Part shown: one piece after another, positions 18,758-27,987 of the stretch
Layout: each line of letters opens with the position of its first letter
Numbering within the stretch: the stretch's first letter is position 1
From: Candidatus Woesearchaeota archaeon
GTDB taxonomy: Archaea; Nanobdellota; Nanobdellia; Woesearchaeales; JAFCFN01
Assembly: GCA_017608625.1 (NCBI GenBank)
Contig: JAFCFN010000006.1
Coordinates: forward strand, 295 to 64,294
Reading direction: 5' to 3'
Length of the DNA stretch: 64,000 nt
Program-made: the position numbers and the translations under genes
Notes under the pieces: generated by a model
Told to the model about the DNA's origin: nothing
Seen by the model: the letters and a program-made list of their open reading frames with translations, nothing else
Databases searched by the model: none

Positions 18758-19957
18758 ATGTTAATTGGTGTTGTTGGTAAACCAAATTGTGGGAAAAGCA
18801 CATTCTTTAAAGCTTTAACATTGGCAGAGGTAGCTATAGCTAATTACCCTTTTACAACAATTGAGAAGAATGAAGGAGTTGGTTTTGTTAAAGTAGAGTG
18901 TGTTGAAAAGGAATTTGATGTTAAATGCAATCCAAGATTTGGTTATTGTGTAAATGGAGAACGATTTGTTCCTGTAAAATTAATTGATGTTGCTGGTTTG
19001 GTTCCAGGAGCGCATTTAGGAAAAGGAAGAGGTAATGAATTCTTGGATGATTTAAGGCAGGCAGATGTTTTAATTCATGTTGTTGATATAAGCGGAAGCA
19101 CAAATGCTCAGGGAGAGCCAGTAGATCCGTTAAGTTATGATCCTGCAAGTGATGTAAGATTTTTGGAAGAGGAAATTGATATGTGGTTTTTAGGTATAAT
19201 GAAGAAGAATTGGGATAAATTTACAAGACAAGTTATGCAGGAAAAAAAGCCAGCAATAAAAGAATTAGCAGAACAGTTTTCTGGTTTAGGAATAAATGAG
19301 AACATGATCAAAGAGGTTGTTAAGAAACTAAATCTTAATGCAGAGGATTTAACAAAATGGTCTGAGCAAGATTTGAATAATTTTGCAACTGAGCTAAGAA
19401 AAAGATCAAAGCCCATTATTATTGCAGCTAATAAAATAGATGTTTTAGGAGCAGAGAAGAATTTAGAAAGATTGCAAAAAGAATTTCCTGATTATATTAT
19501 TATTCCTTGTTCAGCTGAATCTGAGTTAGCTTTAAAAGAAGCAGCAAAGCATGAGTTGATTGATTATACAGCAGGTGATAGTGATTTTATAATAAAATCA
19601 GAAGACAAACTTTCAGAAAAACAGAGAAAAGCATTAGAATTTATTAAAGAAAATGTTTTGAAAAAATATGGTTCAACAGGAGTTGAGAATGTTTTGAATG
19701 ATGCTGTTTTTAAGTTATTAAAATATATTGCTGTTTATCCTGTTGCAACAAACAGACTAGCAGACAAGGATGGGAATATACTGCCTGATTGTTTTCTTGT
19801 TCCTGCTGGAACAACAGCTTTAGAATTAGCTTATAAAATTCATTCTGATATTGGTGATAATTTTATTAGAGCAATTGACCAAAAAACAAAGCAAGTTATT
19901 GGTAAAGACCATGTTTTGAAGGATGGAGATGTGGTGGAGATTGTGGTGAGTAAATAG
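18758..19957 (+). CDS. Obg/YchF-like GTPase with C-terminal TGS domain
   Basis: 'GVVGKPNCGKSTFFKALT' G1, 'DVAGLVPGA' G3, TGS-like C-terminus. Confidence 0.7.
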   Translation: MLIGVVGKPNCGKSTFFKALTLAEVAIANYPFTTIEKNEGVGFVKVECVEKEFDVKCNPRFGYCVNGERFVPVKLIDVAGLVPGAHLGKGRGNEFLDDLRQADVLIHVVDISGSTNAQGEPVDPLSYDPASDVRFLEEEIDMWFLGIMKKNWDKFTRQVMQEKKPAIKELAEQFSGLGINENMIKEVVKKLNLNAEDLTKWSEQDLNNFATELRKRSKPIIIAANKIDVLGAEKNLERLQKEFPDYIIIPCSAESELALKEAAKHELIDYTAGDSDFIIKSEDKLSEKQRKALEFIKENVLKKYGSTGVENVLNDAVFKLLKYIAVYPVATNRLADKDGNILPDCFLVPAGTTALELAYKIHSDIGDNFIRAIDQKTKQVIGKDHVLKDGDVVEIVVSK

Positions 19958-19959
19958 TT

Positions 19960-21234
19960 TCATTTACATATTCTGCTTAATTCGTCATAACTTATTCCAA
20001 TATTCTTTTTATAAAAATCATTATATAATTCCGTTATTAAATCTAAATTTTTAACTACATCCAATTTACATTGGGCATCTATGTCAATGCCCTTCTGGTG
20101 CAGTTTTGTGTTAATTTTGTTTTCAAGTATGGTTTTGGCTGAGCTGTGAGGTCTTGTTTTTCCTTCAATGAACTCCCTTAGCCGCCTTGCACCAGCACTG
20201 CCCCAGGAATCCCACAATCTTTGAGGATCATCACCAAATATCAACGATCCTAAGAAGGCACCATATTCTCTTTGTATTTCGTTATACTTTATTTTCATAT
20301 TAAGACTATCCTGAATAAAGTGTTCAAGTTCATGTTGAATAGTATTCTTCATTTCTTTATCTTCCATAACTGCCACAAATAATTGTTTAGTAGAAAGATG
20401 ATAAAATCCCCCAATTCCAGATTCAGGAGATTTATTTATTATATAGACTGGGAGAACATTATTTATTTGAAATATAGAATTAACATTAGCAACAAAATCT
20501 TTGTCTTTGTATTTTACAATTAAGAAACCTTTATCTTTTAATAACTTATACTCAGTACCTTCTTCATCTTGGTGGTTTGTCAGAATTGCCCTGAGATAAG
20601 ATTCTGGATTTTGTTCATAAAATACATCAAATTTGGGATTTATTTTTATTTTTGCTAATTTAACTAATTTCTTTGCACTTCCTTTTACTTTATTTAAAAC
20701 ATTATATATGTTTCTCTCTATCTTGTCTCTTTTTTTAGAGGATTTGTATTTTTTTACCAAATGAACATTTTTTCTTCCTTTGATTAATTGGGGCAATAAA
20801 AGTGCTGTTTCAACAGAATCTGCTCTTGTGAATATTTTAATGTATTCAAAAGGATTTTCTGATTGCGAAGCTTTATTTACAAATTTATTAACGAGCTTTT
20901 TCTGAGAATCGATTTTTTCTAAAATGTTATCCAATCCACTACAACTTAGTTCTAAATATACAAAATCACTATCATATTCCATATCTTTGAGAAATAAATC
21001 TAAAGTTAAGTCAAAGAATCTTTTTTGACCCATGCCTTTTAAGTTTAATTTTTTGGTTGAACTATAAAGGTTAAAGTATGTTTCTTCAAGCTTTTTGTCA
21101 ATCTTTGATTTATCTCTCTGGTTTATCTTCAGACTTTTTTCTTTACCTTTGAAGAAATTCCCCATATTTTTGTCTTTTTCAATCCATTTGTAAAAATTAT
21201 TTTTGAATTCTTTAACTTTGTTTGTTGAGCTCAT
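19960..21234 (-). CDS. hypothetical protein with HExxH motif
   Basis: 424 aa, 'IQHELEHFIQ' putative zinc-metallopeptidase motif; otherwise unrecognised. Confidence 0.35.
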   Translation of the reverse strand: MSSTNKVKEFKNNFYKWIEKDKNMGNFFKGKEKSLKINQRDKSKIDKKLEETYFNLYSSTKKLNLKGMGQKRFFDLTLDLFLKDMEYDSDFVYLELSCSGLDNILEKIDSQKKLVNKFVNKASQSENPFEYIKIFTRADSVETALLLPQLIKGRKNVHLVKKYKSSKKRDKIERNIYNVLNKVKGSAKKLVKLAKIKINPKFDVFYEQNPESYLRAILTNHQDEEGTEYKLLKDKGFLIVKYKDKDFVANVNSIFQINNVLPVYIINKSPESGIGGFYHLSTKQLFVAVMEDKEMKNTIQHELEHFIQDSLNMKIKYNEIQREYGAFLGSLIFGDDPQRLWDSWGSAGARRLREFIEGKTRPHSSAKTILENKINTKLHQKGIDIDAQCKLDVVKNLDLITELYNDFYKKNIGISYDELSRICK

Positions 21235-21558
21235 TTTGAATCCTTAGTATTCTCTTCCTGCAAAATTTTTTCTATTTGTTTATTTTATCTATTTTTAATA
21301 TGCTTACTTTAAACTACTTTTTTATATTTTATAAATCTTTCTATATTGTAATTATGTATTAGTAGTGACTATTAATACTTTGCCTTTTGTTGTATCTAGT
21401 TTCATTTATTTTTCTTGTGAATATAGTTCTTTGCTTCTAAGTGCCGATTGTCATTTTATGATATTCAAACTAATCAAACTATGCTGCAAAAAAATGTGAG
21501 TATGTATTGTTAATCAGATTGTTAAAGCAAATTAAAAAGAAGTTGTTGAAGTATGAAA

Positions 21559-21936
21559 CTACTTCTTCTTCATAGCATCAAAAGTAGCTGGCAAATCAAT
21601 TATATATTTGCCATCAGCTAGCTTGAAAACCAAAGGTTCTTTTTTGAATAAATGAACTAAATCCAGTTCATACTTTCCTGGTTTAAGGACTCTTATACTC
21701 TCAAAGTCGAGAACAACTGGCTTTTCTTCATGCTCTTCCTTTCCTATTAGATCAAGAACATCCTTCTCTAGTTCTTGTTTTTGCTTTTCTGTTAGATTAA
21801 TAGTTATTTCTTTGGCTTGCTCTAGTTTTTCTTTTTTAATAAAAAAGAAGAGTCTTGATCCGCAAGAACAGCCTTTGAGAATTTCATTAGCTGTATCATC
21901 ATACAACTTTCCGCATCTTACACACTGGTGTGGCAT
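21559..21936 (-). CDS. Zn-ribbon protein (DUF2072-like)
   Basis: N-terminal 'CVRCG...CSCGS' C4 ribbon, 125 aa. Confidence 0.5.
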   Translation of the reverse strand: MPHQCVRCGKLYDDTANEILKGCSCGSRLFFFIKKEKLEQAKEITINLTEKQKQELEKDVLDLIGKEEHEEKPVVLDFESIRVLKPGKYELDLVHLFKKEPLVFKLADGKYIIDLPATFDAMKKK

Positions 21937-22066
21937 AACCGTAGCCGGTTAACGTCTAGGCGATATTCGATTGCTTCGCAATCGAAATCCCCTGGCCTCG
22001 CTTTGACTTGTCTGCGAGCAAGCGAGCAGACTCGCTTGCAAGTCAGCTCGGCTGTTAACCTCCTCC
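21937..22066 (-). ncRNA. GC-rich structured element between GGAGG and ATG (copy 1, ~130 nt)
   Basis: ~60% GC in 30% GC genome; nested hairpins (GACTTG/CAAGTC, CAAGCGAG/CTCGCTTG, TTCGATTGC/GCAATCGAA); flanking GTTAAC palindromes; 3' 27-mer shared with copy at 43643. Confidence 0.5.
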
Positions 22067-22067
22067 A

Positions 22068-22472
22068 TTATTTCCTCTTTTTCTTAATTTTTCTTCTCTT
22101 TTTTACTTCTTTTGTTAGTAACTCTATTTTCTTTGGATCTTTTTTAATTGATTTGACAACATTTGCAGGTCCAATAATAGTCAACCCTGTTCTATCTCCT
22201 AGTAATGAATTAATTAAACCTTCCTTAAATCTGCTGAACCAAGGAGTATCTTTACTAATGTTAGGATAGATGACACTTAGTTCAATTCCTTTAAATTCTT
22301 TATTTATTTCTTCCATTGTTGCTTTTATTAATTCTGCTTCTTCCTCTTTTTTTAGCCTTCCTTGTAACAACACTATTTTGTTCTCTTTTGCTATATTAAG
22401 CAATTTTCTTATTCTCCCTACAGATGTCAAATCTGCAATTTCATTATAAGGCACAACTTGTAGAGTTACCAT
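22068..22472 (-). CDS. conserved archaeal protein (DUF2073-like), Lys-rich tail
   Basis: 134 aa; sits between small GTPase and Zn-ribbon gene, as in the conserved archaeal triplet. Confidence 0.4.
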   Translation of the reverse strand: MVTLQVVPYNEIADLTSVGRIRKLLNIAKENKIVLLQGRLKKEEEAELIKATMEEINKEFKGIELSVIYPNISKDTPWFSRFKEGLINSLLGDRTGLTIIGPANVVKSIKKDPKKIELLTKEVKKRRKIKKKRK

Positions 22473-22473
22473 G

Positions 22474-23109
22474 TTATTTCACCAATTTGAATAGTTCATC
22501 GTATAATTCTTCAATATTGTTGCCATATTTGGCAGAGATCCCAATAACATTATATTGAGGGAATGCTGATTTTATTTTTCTTATGTTGGCTCTTTTTAGA
22601 TCAATCTTGTTACCAGCAATCAAAACAGGAATTTTCCTTGCTGCTAGATTACCAATTGTTGTGATGTTAACTTGTGAATAAGGATCCTTTGTTGCATCTA
22701 AAACAACAATGACTGCTTCCATTTCATCAAGCCATTTTATAGCTTCAATAACACCTTTTGTTGCTTCTTTTGCTCTTCTTTTGGCTACTGATTTACTTAG
22801 ACCAGCTTTAAGAAAATCTTCATAGTCAATCTTTGTGGCTATTCCAGGTGTGTCAACAACATTAAAGCTCAGCTCTCTGCCATCAGAATTCTTTATAACA
22901 ACATTTTCTTTTATTTTTATCTCTCTTGTCTCATGAGCAATTTTACTGACTTTGCTTAGCTCTTCTCCTAGCCAGTCTTTACAGATTCTATTGGCTAGAG
23001 TTGATTTTCCTCCATTAGGAGGACCATATAATCCTAGTTTAATAGCTCCTCTTCTTTTGAACAGCTTTGCTACAAATTTCTTAAAAAAGTTCTTTAAAAA
23101 AGCAACCAC
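22474..23109 (-). CDS. small P-loop GTPase
   Basis: 'GLYGPPNGGKSTLANRI' Walker A, 'VVDTPG' G3, 'GNKID' G4. Confidence 0.6.
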   Translation of the reverse strand: MVAFLKNFFKKFVAKLFKRRGAIKLGLYGPPNGGKSTLANRICKDWLGEELSKVSKIAHETREIKIKENVVIKNSDGRELSFNVVDTPGIATKIDYEDFLKAGLSKSVAKRRAKEATKGVIEAIKWLDEMEAVIVVLDATKDPYSQVNITTIGNLAARKIPVLIAGNKIDLKRANIRKIKSAFPQYNVIGISAKYGNNIEELYDELFKLVK

Positions 23110-23144
23110 TTTACACCCTTATTCCTGAATATTTTAATTATTGT

Positions 23145-23858
23145 TTATATAATTTTCTCTATTTGTTCAGCCTCTTTATATTTGGTTAAAAACAAGTCCT
23201 TCATTAGTTTAATAAAAGACTTGTCTTTAATTAATAAAGTGGTATTTGATTTTATTAGGGCCAACATCATCACACTATCATCAATTATACTCATTGCAAT
23301 TCCCTCATTTTCTATTTTTTTAATGTTTTTATGAATCTCTAACCATTTTTTGATATTGTTCTCTGTTTCTCTGTCAAATCTAACCAATTCTTTTATTATA
23401 ACTCCTTTTTTCAAACTCTCTCTTTTTTCTCTTACCCAAACTGGCTGATACTCTGCAGTGTATTTAATGTTATACTCTGATTTTTTCGGTTTTGGCAGCT
23501 CTCTTTCTATTTTATAAAATGCTTTTTTTCCTCTCGTAATTATAACTGGCTCTTCTTCTTTGCTTGCATAAAGTTTTTCCAGTTTTTTGATATCCTCTTT
23601 TATTTTATCTAACTCTGCTTTTTTGGCTTCAACTAGCTTCATTAAATTTTCAGGATCAGAAGCAATGAATTTTTTTGTTTTTTCTGGAATTATTTTGACC
23701 AAGCCCTTTCTTTCTAAAGAAGTCAATACTTCGTAGATTCTCCCATAAGAAACATCAGCTTCTGCTGCTATCTGGGATGCTGTTGCTTTGACTAGTTTGA
23801 TTAATGCTTCATATGCTTTTGCTTCATATTCTGTTAAACCCAATTCTCTTAAATTCAT
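23145..23858 (-). CDS. TrmB-family transcriptional regulator
   Basis: N-terminal wHTH 'LTEYEAKAYEALIKL...SYGRIYEVLTSLERKGLV'. Confidence 0.7.
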   Translation of the reverse strand: MNLRELGLTEYEAKAYEALIKLVKATASQIAAEADVSYGRIYEVLTSLERKGLVKIIPEKTKKFIASDPENLMKLVEAKKAELDKIKEDIKKLEKLYASKEEEPVIITRGKKAFYKIERELPKPKKSEYNIKYTAEYQPVWVREKRESLKKGVIIKELVRFDRETENNIKKWLEIHKNIKKIENEGIAMSIIDDSVMMLALIKSNTTLLIKDKSFIKLMKDLFLTKYKEAEQIEKII

Positions 23859-23933
23859 ACAGATTATAAATTGCTTTTGCTATATAAATCTTTCTATTTA
23901 CAACACCTTGAGGTGGGGCAAATAAGAAATCGA

Positions 23934-25097
23934 TTAAACACTCCTCTTCACAATCAAACTAGTTTTAATGATCTCTTTAGCTTTCTCCAAATCTTTTTTC
24001 TCAACTTTGTTTCTTAACTCTAATCTTGCAGCTGCTTTTGCCAATCTAATTAAACCAATAATCATTCTAGGAGAAACCTCAACTAAGAAATTATTCTCCT
24101 TTTCTTTAAGTTCTTTGCTAAATTCTACAACATCTTTTTGAAAATCTCTTGGAAACTCTACTTTTATTTGTTGAGCATGATCAATATATTCTTTTATGAA
24201 ATTTAAGTCCATCTTATTTACTTTTTTTCTGTCTTGTTCAACAATCTTTTTTGCTATTTCTGAGAATTGAGTTACACCAGGTGTTTTGATTAAGAACACT
24301 AAATGAAACCTTGTTAACAAGGCAGGGTCAAAAGGTATCTGTTTTTTTAGATCCTCAATTCTTACTCCAATGAACTTATCTTTTTTTGGATTAGCAGAAG
24401 CAAGAACATTTACTTTTGCTTCAAATGTATAGTGCTTTCCTCCTTTATTATATGATATAAAACCTTTTTCCATTGCGTTATACAAACTTGCTCTGTCTTC
24501 TTGCTTCATCAGATTTAACTCATCTATTACAGCAATTCCATTATTTGCCATCGGTAATAAACCAGGGATTACATCATTCCCTTTTACTGTAACAGCTAAG
24601 CCTGCTGAGGATGTTCCTGAGCCTAGACCAAATGAAGAGATAGGAGCTAGATCTGTTACTGATTTTATTATATCTGATTTGCCAATCCCTGGATCTCCTA
24701 ATAGTAAGATATGTAGCTGTTCTGCAAATAACTGCAATAACACTGCTTCTTTTACTGTATCTAAACCAGTTATATTTGGTGCAATTAAGTTTAAAATAGT
24801 TGATCTTGCTTTTTTGCTGAAATCCTCAAAAGCCTTTCTTTTATAATGATAATCTATTGTTTTGTTCATTAAATCAACAAAATCAGCAACTCTTTTGTCC
24901 ATAACAGATAACTCAAGAATAGGAAATATCTCATCATAAACAAGGGTTGTGCCTAATCTTGATTGAGAAAAAGATATACTGCCTTCTTTTAGCAGTTTTT
25001 TAACTTTTTTTGCATCTTCTTTATCTAAGATTTCTTTTATTATTTTGAAATTTGCTCTTTTTGTGCCTAACAAAGGCAATAGTTGTTTCCACCCCAT
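23934..25097 (-). CDS. MCM-family AAA+ ATPase lacking canonical N-terminal domain (mini-MCM)
   Basis: Walker A 'LLLGDPGIGKS', Walker B 'IAVIDELNLM', MCM-specific 'YNAMEKGFISYNKGG...VLASANP', Arg finger 'LLTRF'; only 387 aa. Confidence 0.65.
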   Translation of the reverse strand: MGWKQLLPLLGTKRANFKIIKEILDKEDAKKVKKLLKEGSISFSQSRLGTTLVYDEIFPILELSVMDKRVADFVDLMNKTIDYHYKRKAFEDFSKKARSTILNLIAPNITGLDTVKEAVLLQLFAEQLHILLLGDPGIGKSDIIKSVTDLAPISSFGLGSGTSSAGLAVTVKGNDVIPGLLPMANNGIAVIDELNLMKQEDRASLYNAMEKGFISYNKGGKHYTFEAKVNVLASANPKKDKFIGVRIEDLKKQIPFDPALLTRFHLVFLIKTPGVTQFSEIAKKIVEQDRKKVNKMDLNFIKEYIDHAQQIKVEFPRDFQKDVVEFSKELKEKENNFLVEVSPRMIIGLIRLAKAAARLELRNKVEKKDLEKAKEIIKTSLIVKRSV

Positions 25098-25378
25098 ATT
25101 TGCTATTAGAAAGCAGATAAATATAAAGTTTTTGGTGAAAATTTAGTCACTGGTCACTGGACAGGTTTGCGCGTAGGGTATTTAAAGCAGAATAGTTGTT
25201 TTTTTGCTTTGAAAAGCCAAGTTTTGCCTCTTTTTCCTTGGCTTTTTGAGGTGAATAAGATGTACTATGAAAAATTTGATACAGATTATGTAAAGGATTT
25301 GTTTTTGGAGCAGGTTGGGAAGCTGACAACTAGAACAGTTGAGAAACAACTAGTTTTAGAAACATTTATTAATTAAGA

Positions 25379-25406
25379 GCTACACGCGTAATATTATGTG
25401 GGTAGC
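25379..25406. promoter_or_regulatory. imperfect palindrome GCTACACGCGTAATATTATGTGGGTAGC overlapping regulator start codon
   Basis: shares GCGTAATATTA core with perfect palindrome at 26045. Confidence 0.4.
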
Positions 25407-26043
25407 CAAGCTGAGAATTTTTAATGAGAAAAATATTTTAATACAATTGGCAAAGAAGCATGATGTAGTATTGACAGGCTATCCTTTGTCTTATTTTAAG
25501 GAAAAAGGCAAAATTTATTTGTTTGTAACAGGGAATATCTTTGGAGAGGATAAAAACAAAAGACTTTTTCTTCAGGATTTCAAAAAAGATAAAAGAATAA
25601 GAAAAGCAGAAATAAAAAATGATTTTATTATTGCAGAAATGGAGCAACCTTTATTAGTGGAGCCATTCTATGATCCGGAAATTATTCATTTAAAACCTGT
25701 TTTTGTTTCTAATACAGGATATCAGGATTGGGAGATTGCAAGTTGGAGCAGAGATAAATTGGCTAAAGTAGTTGAGGTTTCAAAAAAGATACAAGGAAAG
25801 CTTTTGAAGTTAAAGCAAGAGAAGATTTCTAATATTTCTGTTAGATCTATCTTCCCAGAGCTTACAGCAAAGCAGAAGAAAGCTTTTGAAATAGCTCTGA
25901 AAAATGGCTATTACGAATTTCCAAGAAAAACAGAGCTAAAGGAGTTAGCCAAAATAATGAAAGTTTCTCTTTCTACTTATCAGGCTCATCTAAGAAAGGC
26001 TGAGAAAAAGATTATGACTTTTTCTGCTGGATATCTTAAGTAA
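25396..26043 (+). CDS. DNA-binding protein with C-terminal HTH_10 (Bat-type) domain
   Basis: C-terminal 'KKAFEIALKNGYYEFPRKTELKELAKIMKVSLSTYQAHLRKAEKKI'. Confidence 0.55.
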   Translation: MWVAKLRIFNEKNILIQLAKKHDVVLTGYPLSYFKEKGKIYLFVTGNIFGEDKNKRLFLQDFKKDKRIRKAEIKNDFIIAEMEQPLLVEPFYDPEIIHLKPVFVSNTGYQDWEIASWSRDKLAKVVEVSKKIQGKLLKLKQEKISNISVRSIFPELTAKQKKAFEIALKNGYYEFPRKTELKELAKIMKVSLSTYQAHLRKAEKKIMTFSAGYLK

Positions 26044-26044
26044 A

Positions 26045-26060
26045 GGCGTAATATTACGCC
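26045..26060. promoter_or_regulatory. perfect 16-bp palindrome GGCGTAATATTACGCC directly after regulator stop
   Basis: seen in sequence; terminator and/or operator. Confidence 0.45.
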
Positions 26061-26080
26061 TAAAATTAAAAATATTTGTT

Positions 26081-26563
26081 ATGTTTTACTACGTGATAAT
26101 GACAAATAGAGGTTATAAAATGAAAACAAACTGGAATAATTATGAGTCTGAACTTGAATATATATTAGAAGAAGCACTGCAGAATGTAGGTGTGAAGTTA
26201 AGTGAAGCTAAAATAGATAAAAACCATGATGACTTCAATTATACAAGAATTGCAGAAGCAGGGGATCTTAGGATTGAACATAAAAAATTATTTGATGGTA
26301 GATGTATGTATGAACAATTGGAGTTAGGTAATAAAGAGTATGATGACGGTAAGATTGGTTACATAGTAATGTTTATTAATAACAGTAAGATTGAAGGTAT
26401 ATTTAGTGACGGAGAGGAGGAAAGTGACATATTTAAGGATCAACTTAAAAAGGATTTTATTGAGCAATATCACAGGGCTCCAGAAAACCATGTTGATGCA
26501 GTTATGCTTACAAAATTGGCTGTGAAGAATTTTGCTAAGTATAAGAAAGAGATAGAGAAATGA
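26081..26563 (+). CDS. hypothetical protein (operon gene 1)
   Basis: 160 aa acidic protein; overlaps next ORF by 4 nt. Confidence 0.35.
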   Translation: MFYYVIMTNRGYKMKTNWNNYESELEYILEEALQNVGVKLSEAKIDKNHDDFNYTRIAEAGDLRIEHKKLFDGRCMYEQLELGNKEYDDGKIGYIVMFINNSKIEGIFSDGEEESDIFKDQLKKDFIEQYHRAPENHVDAVMLTKLAVKNFAKYKKEIEK

Positions 26564-27036
26564 AAAAATCACTAAAAGACCTAATACTCGTAGGAGGTTT
26601 GGTTAGTTTACTGAGTGGAACAATTGTAGCTAAAAATGCAACATTGGAGCAGGCAATAAAATATTTTGATCCAGATCAAGAATATGTTGACATATTTTAT
26701 GCTCCAGGAAAACCAAATAAAAAATATCAGTCTTGTGATGAAATTGAATTAAGAATAGGAGATAAAGCATTTATGCTTTATCAAAACCCAAAAACAGGTG
26801 AGATAATCTCAGCATATTTAAGTGAATTTGAACAGTCCTCTGTTCCAGGAATTAAAAAAGCTGAAGGCTGGCTTCCAAAAGATACATTTGTATCAGAAAA
26901 TAAAAAGAAGAAATTTTTAGAGAGGTTTAGTGAAGAAGAACTTAAAAAGGCAAAATATCATTTTTTATCAAGAGAAGAGATGCTAAAGCTAAAGAAACTC
27001 TATGAAAAAGCAAAGAAAAAGATTCTGCTGTGGTAA
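26560..27036 (+). CDS. hypothetical secreted/membrane-anchored protein (operon gene 2)
   Basis: N-terminal hydrophobic segment 'LILVGGLVSLLSGTIVA'. Confidence 0.35.
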   Translation: MKKSLKDLILVGGLVSLLSGTIVAKNATLEQAIKYFDPDQEYVDIFYAPGKPNKKYQSCDEIELRIGDKAFMLYQNPKTGEIISAYLSEFEQSSVPGIKKAEGWLPKDTFVSENKKKKFLERFSEEELKKAKYHFLSREEMLKLKKLYEKAKKKILLW

Positions 27037-27076
27037 ATAAGTAAATATTATAAATATAATTGACTTCTTTATAGTA

Positions 27077-27640
27077 ATGCAACCCAAAATAAAAGAGGAT
27101 CTGCTCTATATTCTGAATGAAGCAATCATTATACTGAAAAGTAAAGAAGAAAGTGATATCTATAAACTAAAAGAGCTTTCTAATCACACTATCCATAATG
27201 CTTCTATTTTTCAAGACCAAGATTCTATTTCAATGGCTGTGATTATTTATTCTGTTTATAAAATTGTGGAAAGGTATGGTTTAACAAGCAGAATTTATGA
27301 AGTAGTTGATGCATACTTAAAAAGAGCAAAAAGATTATTAGACAGAGATGACATAAAAGGATACAGAAAAGCAATCCATGATACATTTAAATATATTTCA
27401 AAGATTGACAAAAGGCTAAAAACATTTATAGAAGAGGTTATAGAAAAAGCAAAGATAACAAAAGGCAGCAAGGTGTTTGAACATGGGATATCTCTAACAA
27501 AAGCTGCTTCTTTGCTAGGAATTTCTGAATGGGACTTAATGAGATATATTGGTAAGACAAATATTATGGATGTGCAATTACCAGCAACAGATGTTAGAAG
27601 AAGATTGATATTTGTAAGGAGGTTATTTGGTTTGAAATGA
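27077..27640 (+). CDS. hypothetical protein with C-terminal HTH-like segment (operon gene 3)
   Basis: 'ISLTKAASLLGISEWDLMRYIG' HTH-like. Confidence 0.35.
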   Translation: MQPKIKEDLLYILNEAIIILKSKEESDIYKLKELSNHTIHNASIFQDQDSISMAVIIYSVYKIVERYGLTSRIYEVVDAYLKRAKRLLDRDDIKGYRKAIHDTFKYISKIDKRLKTFIEEVIEKAKITKGSKVFEHGISLTKAASLLGISEWDLMRYIGKTNIMDVQLPATDVRRRLIFVRRLFGLK

Positions 27641-27987
27641 GCAAATTAAAATTATACGGCATAAGCAAACAAGAGAATAGAGTCCACTTTAGGCTTGGAA
27701 AAAAACAAGCATTTCTTGATGTATTTAGAAAAATTTTGTTAAGATTTGGTTTTTGGGATGCAAGGTATTGGCATTATGACGAAATAAAAGATAAAGATGA
27801 TAAAATAAATAATTTAACTGATTTTTGTGATCATCTTCAGAATGAAAAATATGACATCGATATAATTTTTGGTAAGAAAAGAATCATTGTTATAGTAAGA
27901 GCCAAACAAAAAGACAAAGATAAGTTTATTAAAGAATTAAATAAATTCTGCGAGTGGGCAAAAATTAGGAGAAGATTAAAATGGTGA
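27637..27987 (+). CDS. hypothetical protein (operon gene 4)
   Basis: 116 aa, Trp-rich, overlaps neighbours. Confidence 0.3.
   Translation: MSKLKLYGISKQENRVHFRLGKKQAFLDVFRKILLRFGFWDARYWHYDEIKDKDDKINNLTDFCDHLQNEKYDIDIIFGKKRIIVIVRAKQKDKDKFIKELNKFCEWAKIRRRLKW

Noticed and set aside
25100-25395. 300-bp intergenic region with 'tcactggtcactgg' direct repeat and two overlapping short ORFs (25147..25329, 25167..25376)
   Set aside because: Likely divergent promoter region between mini-MCM and HTH regulator; short ORFs have no start context or motifs; repeat too short to call
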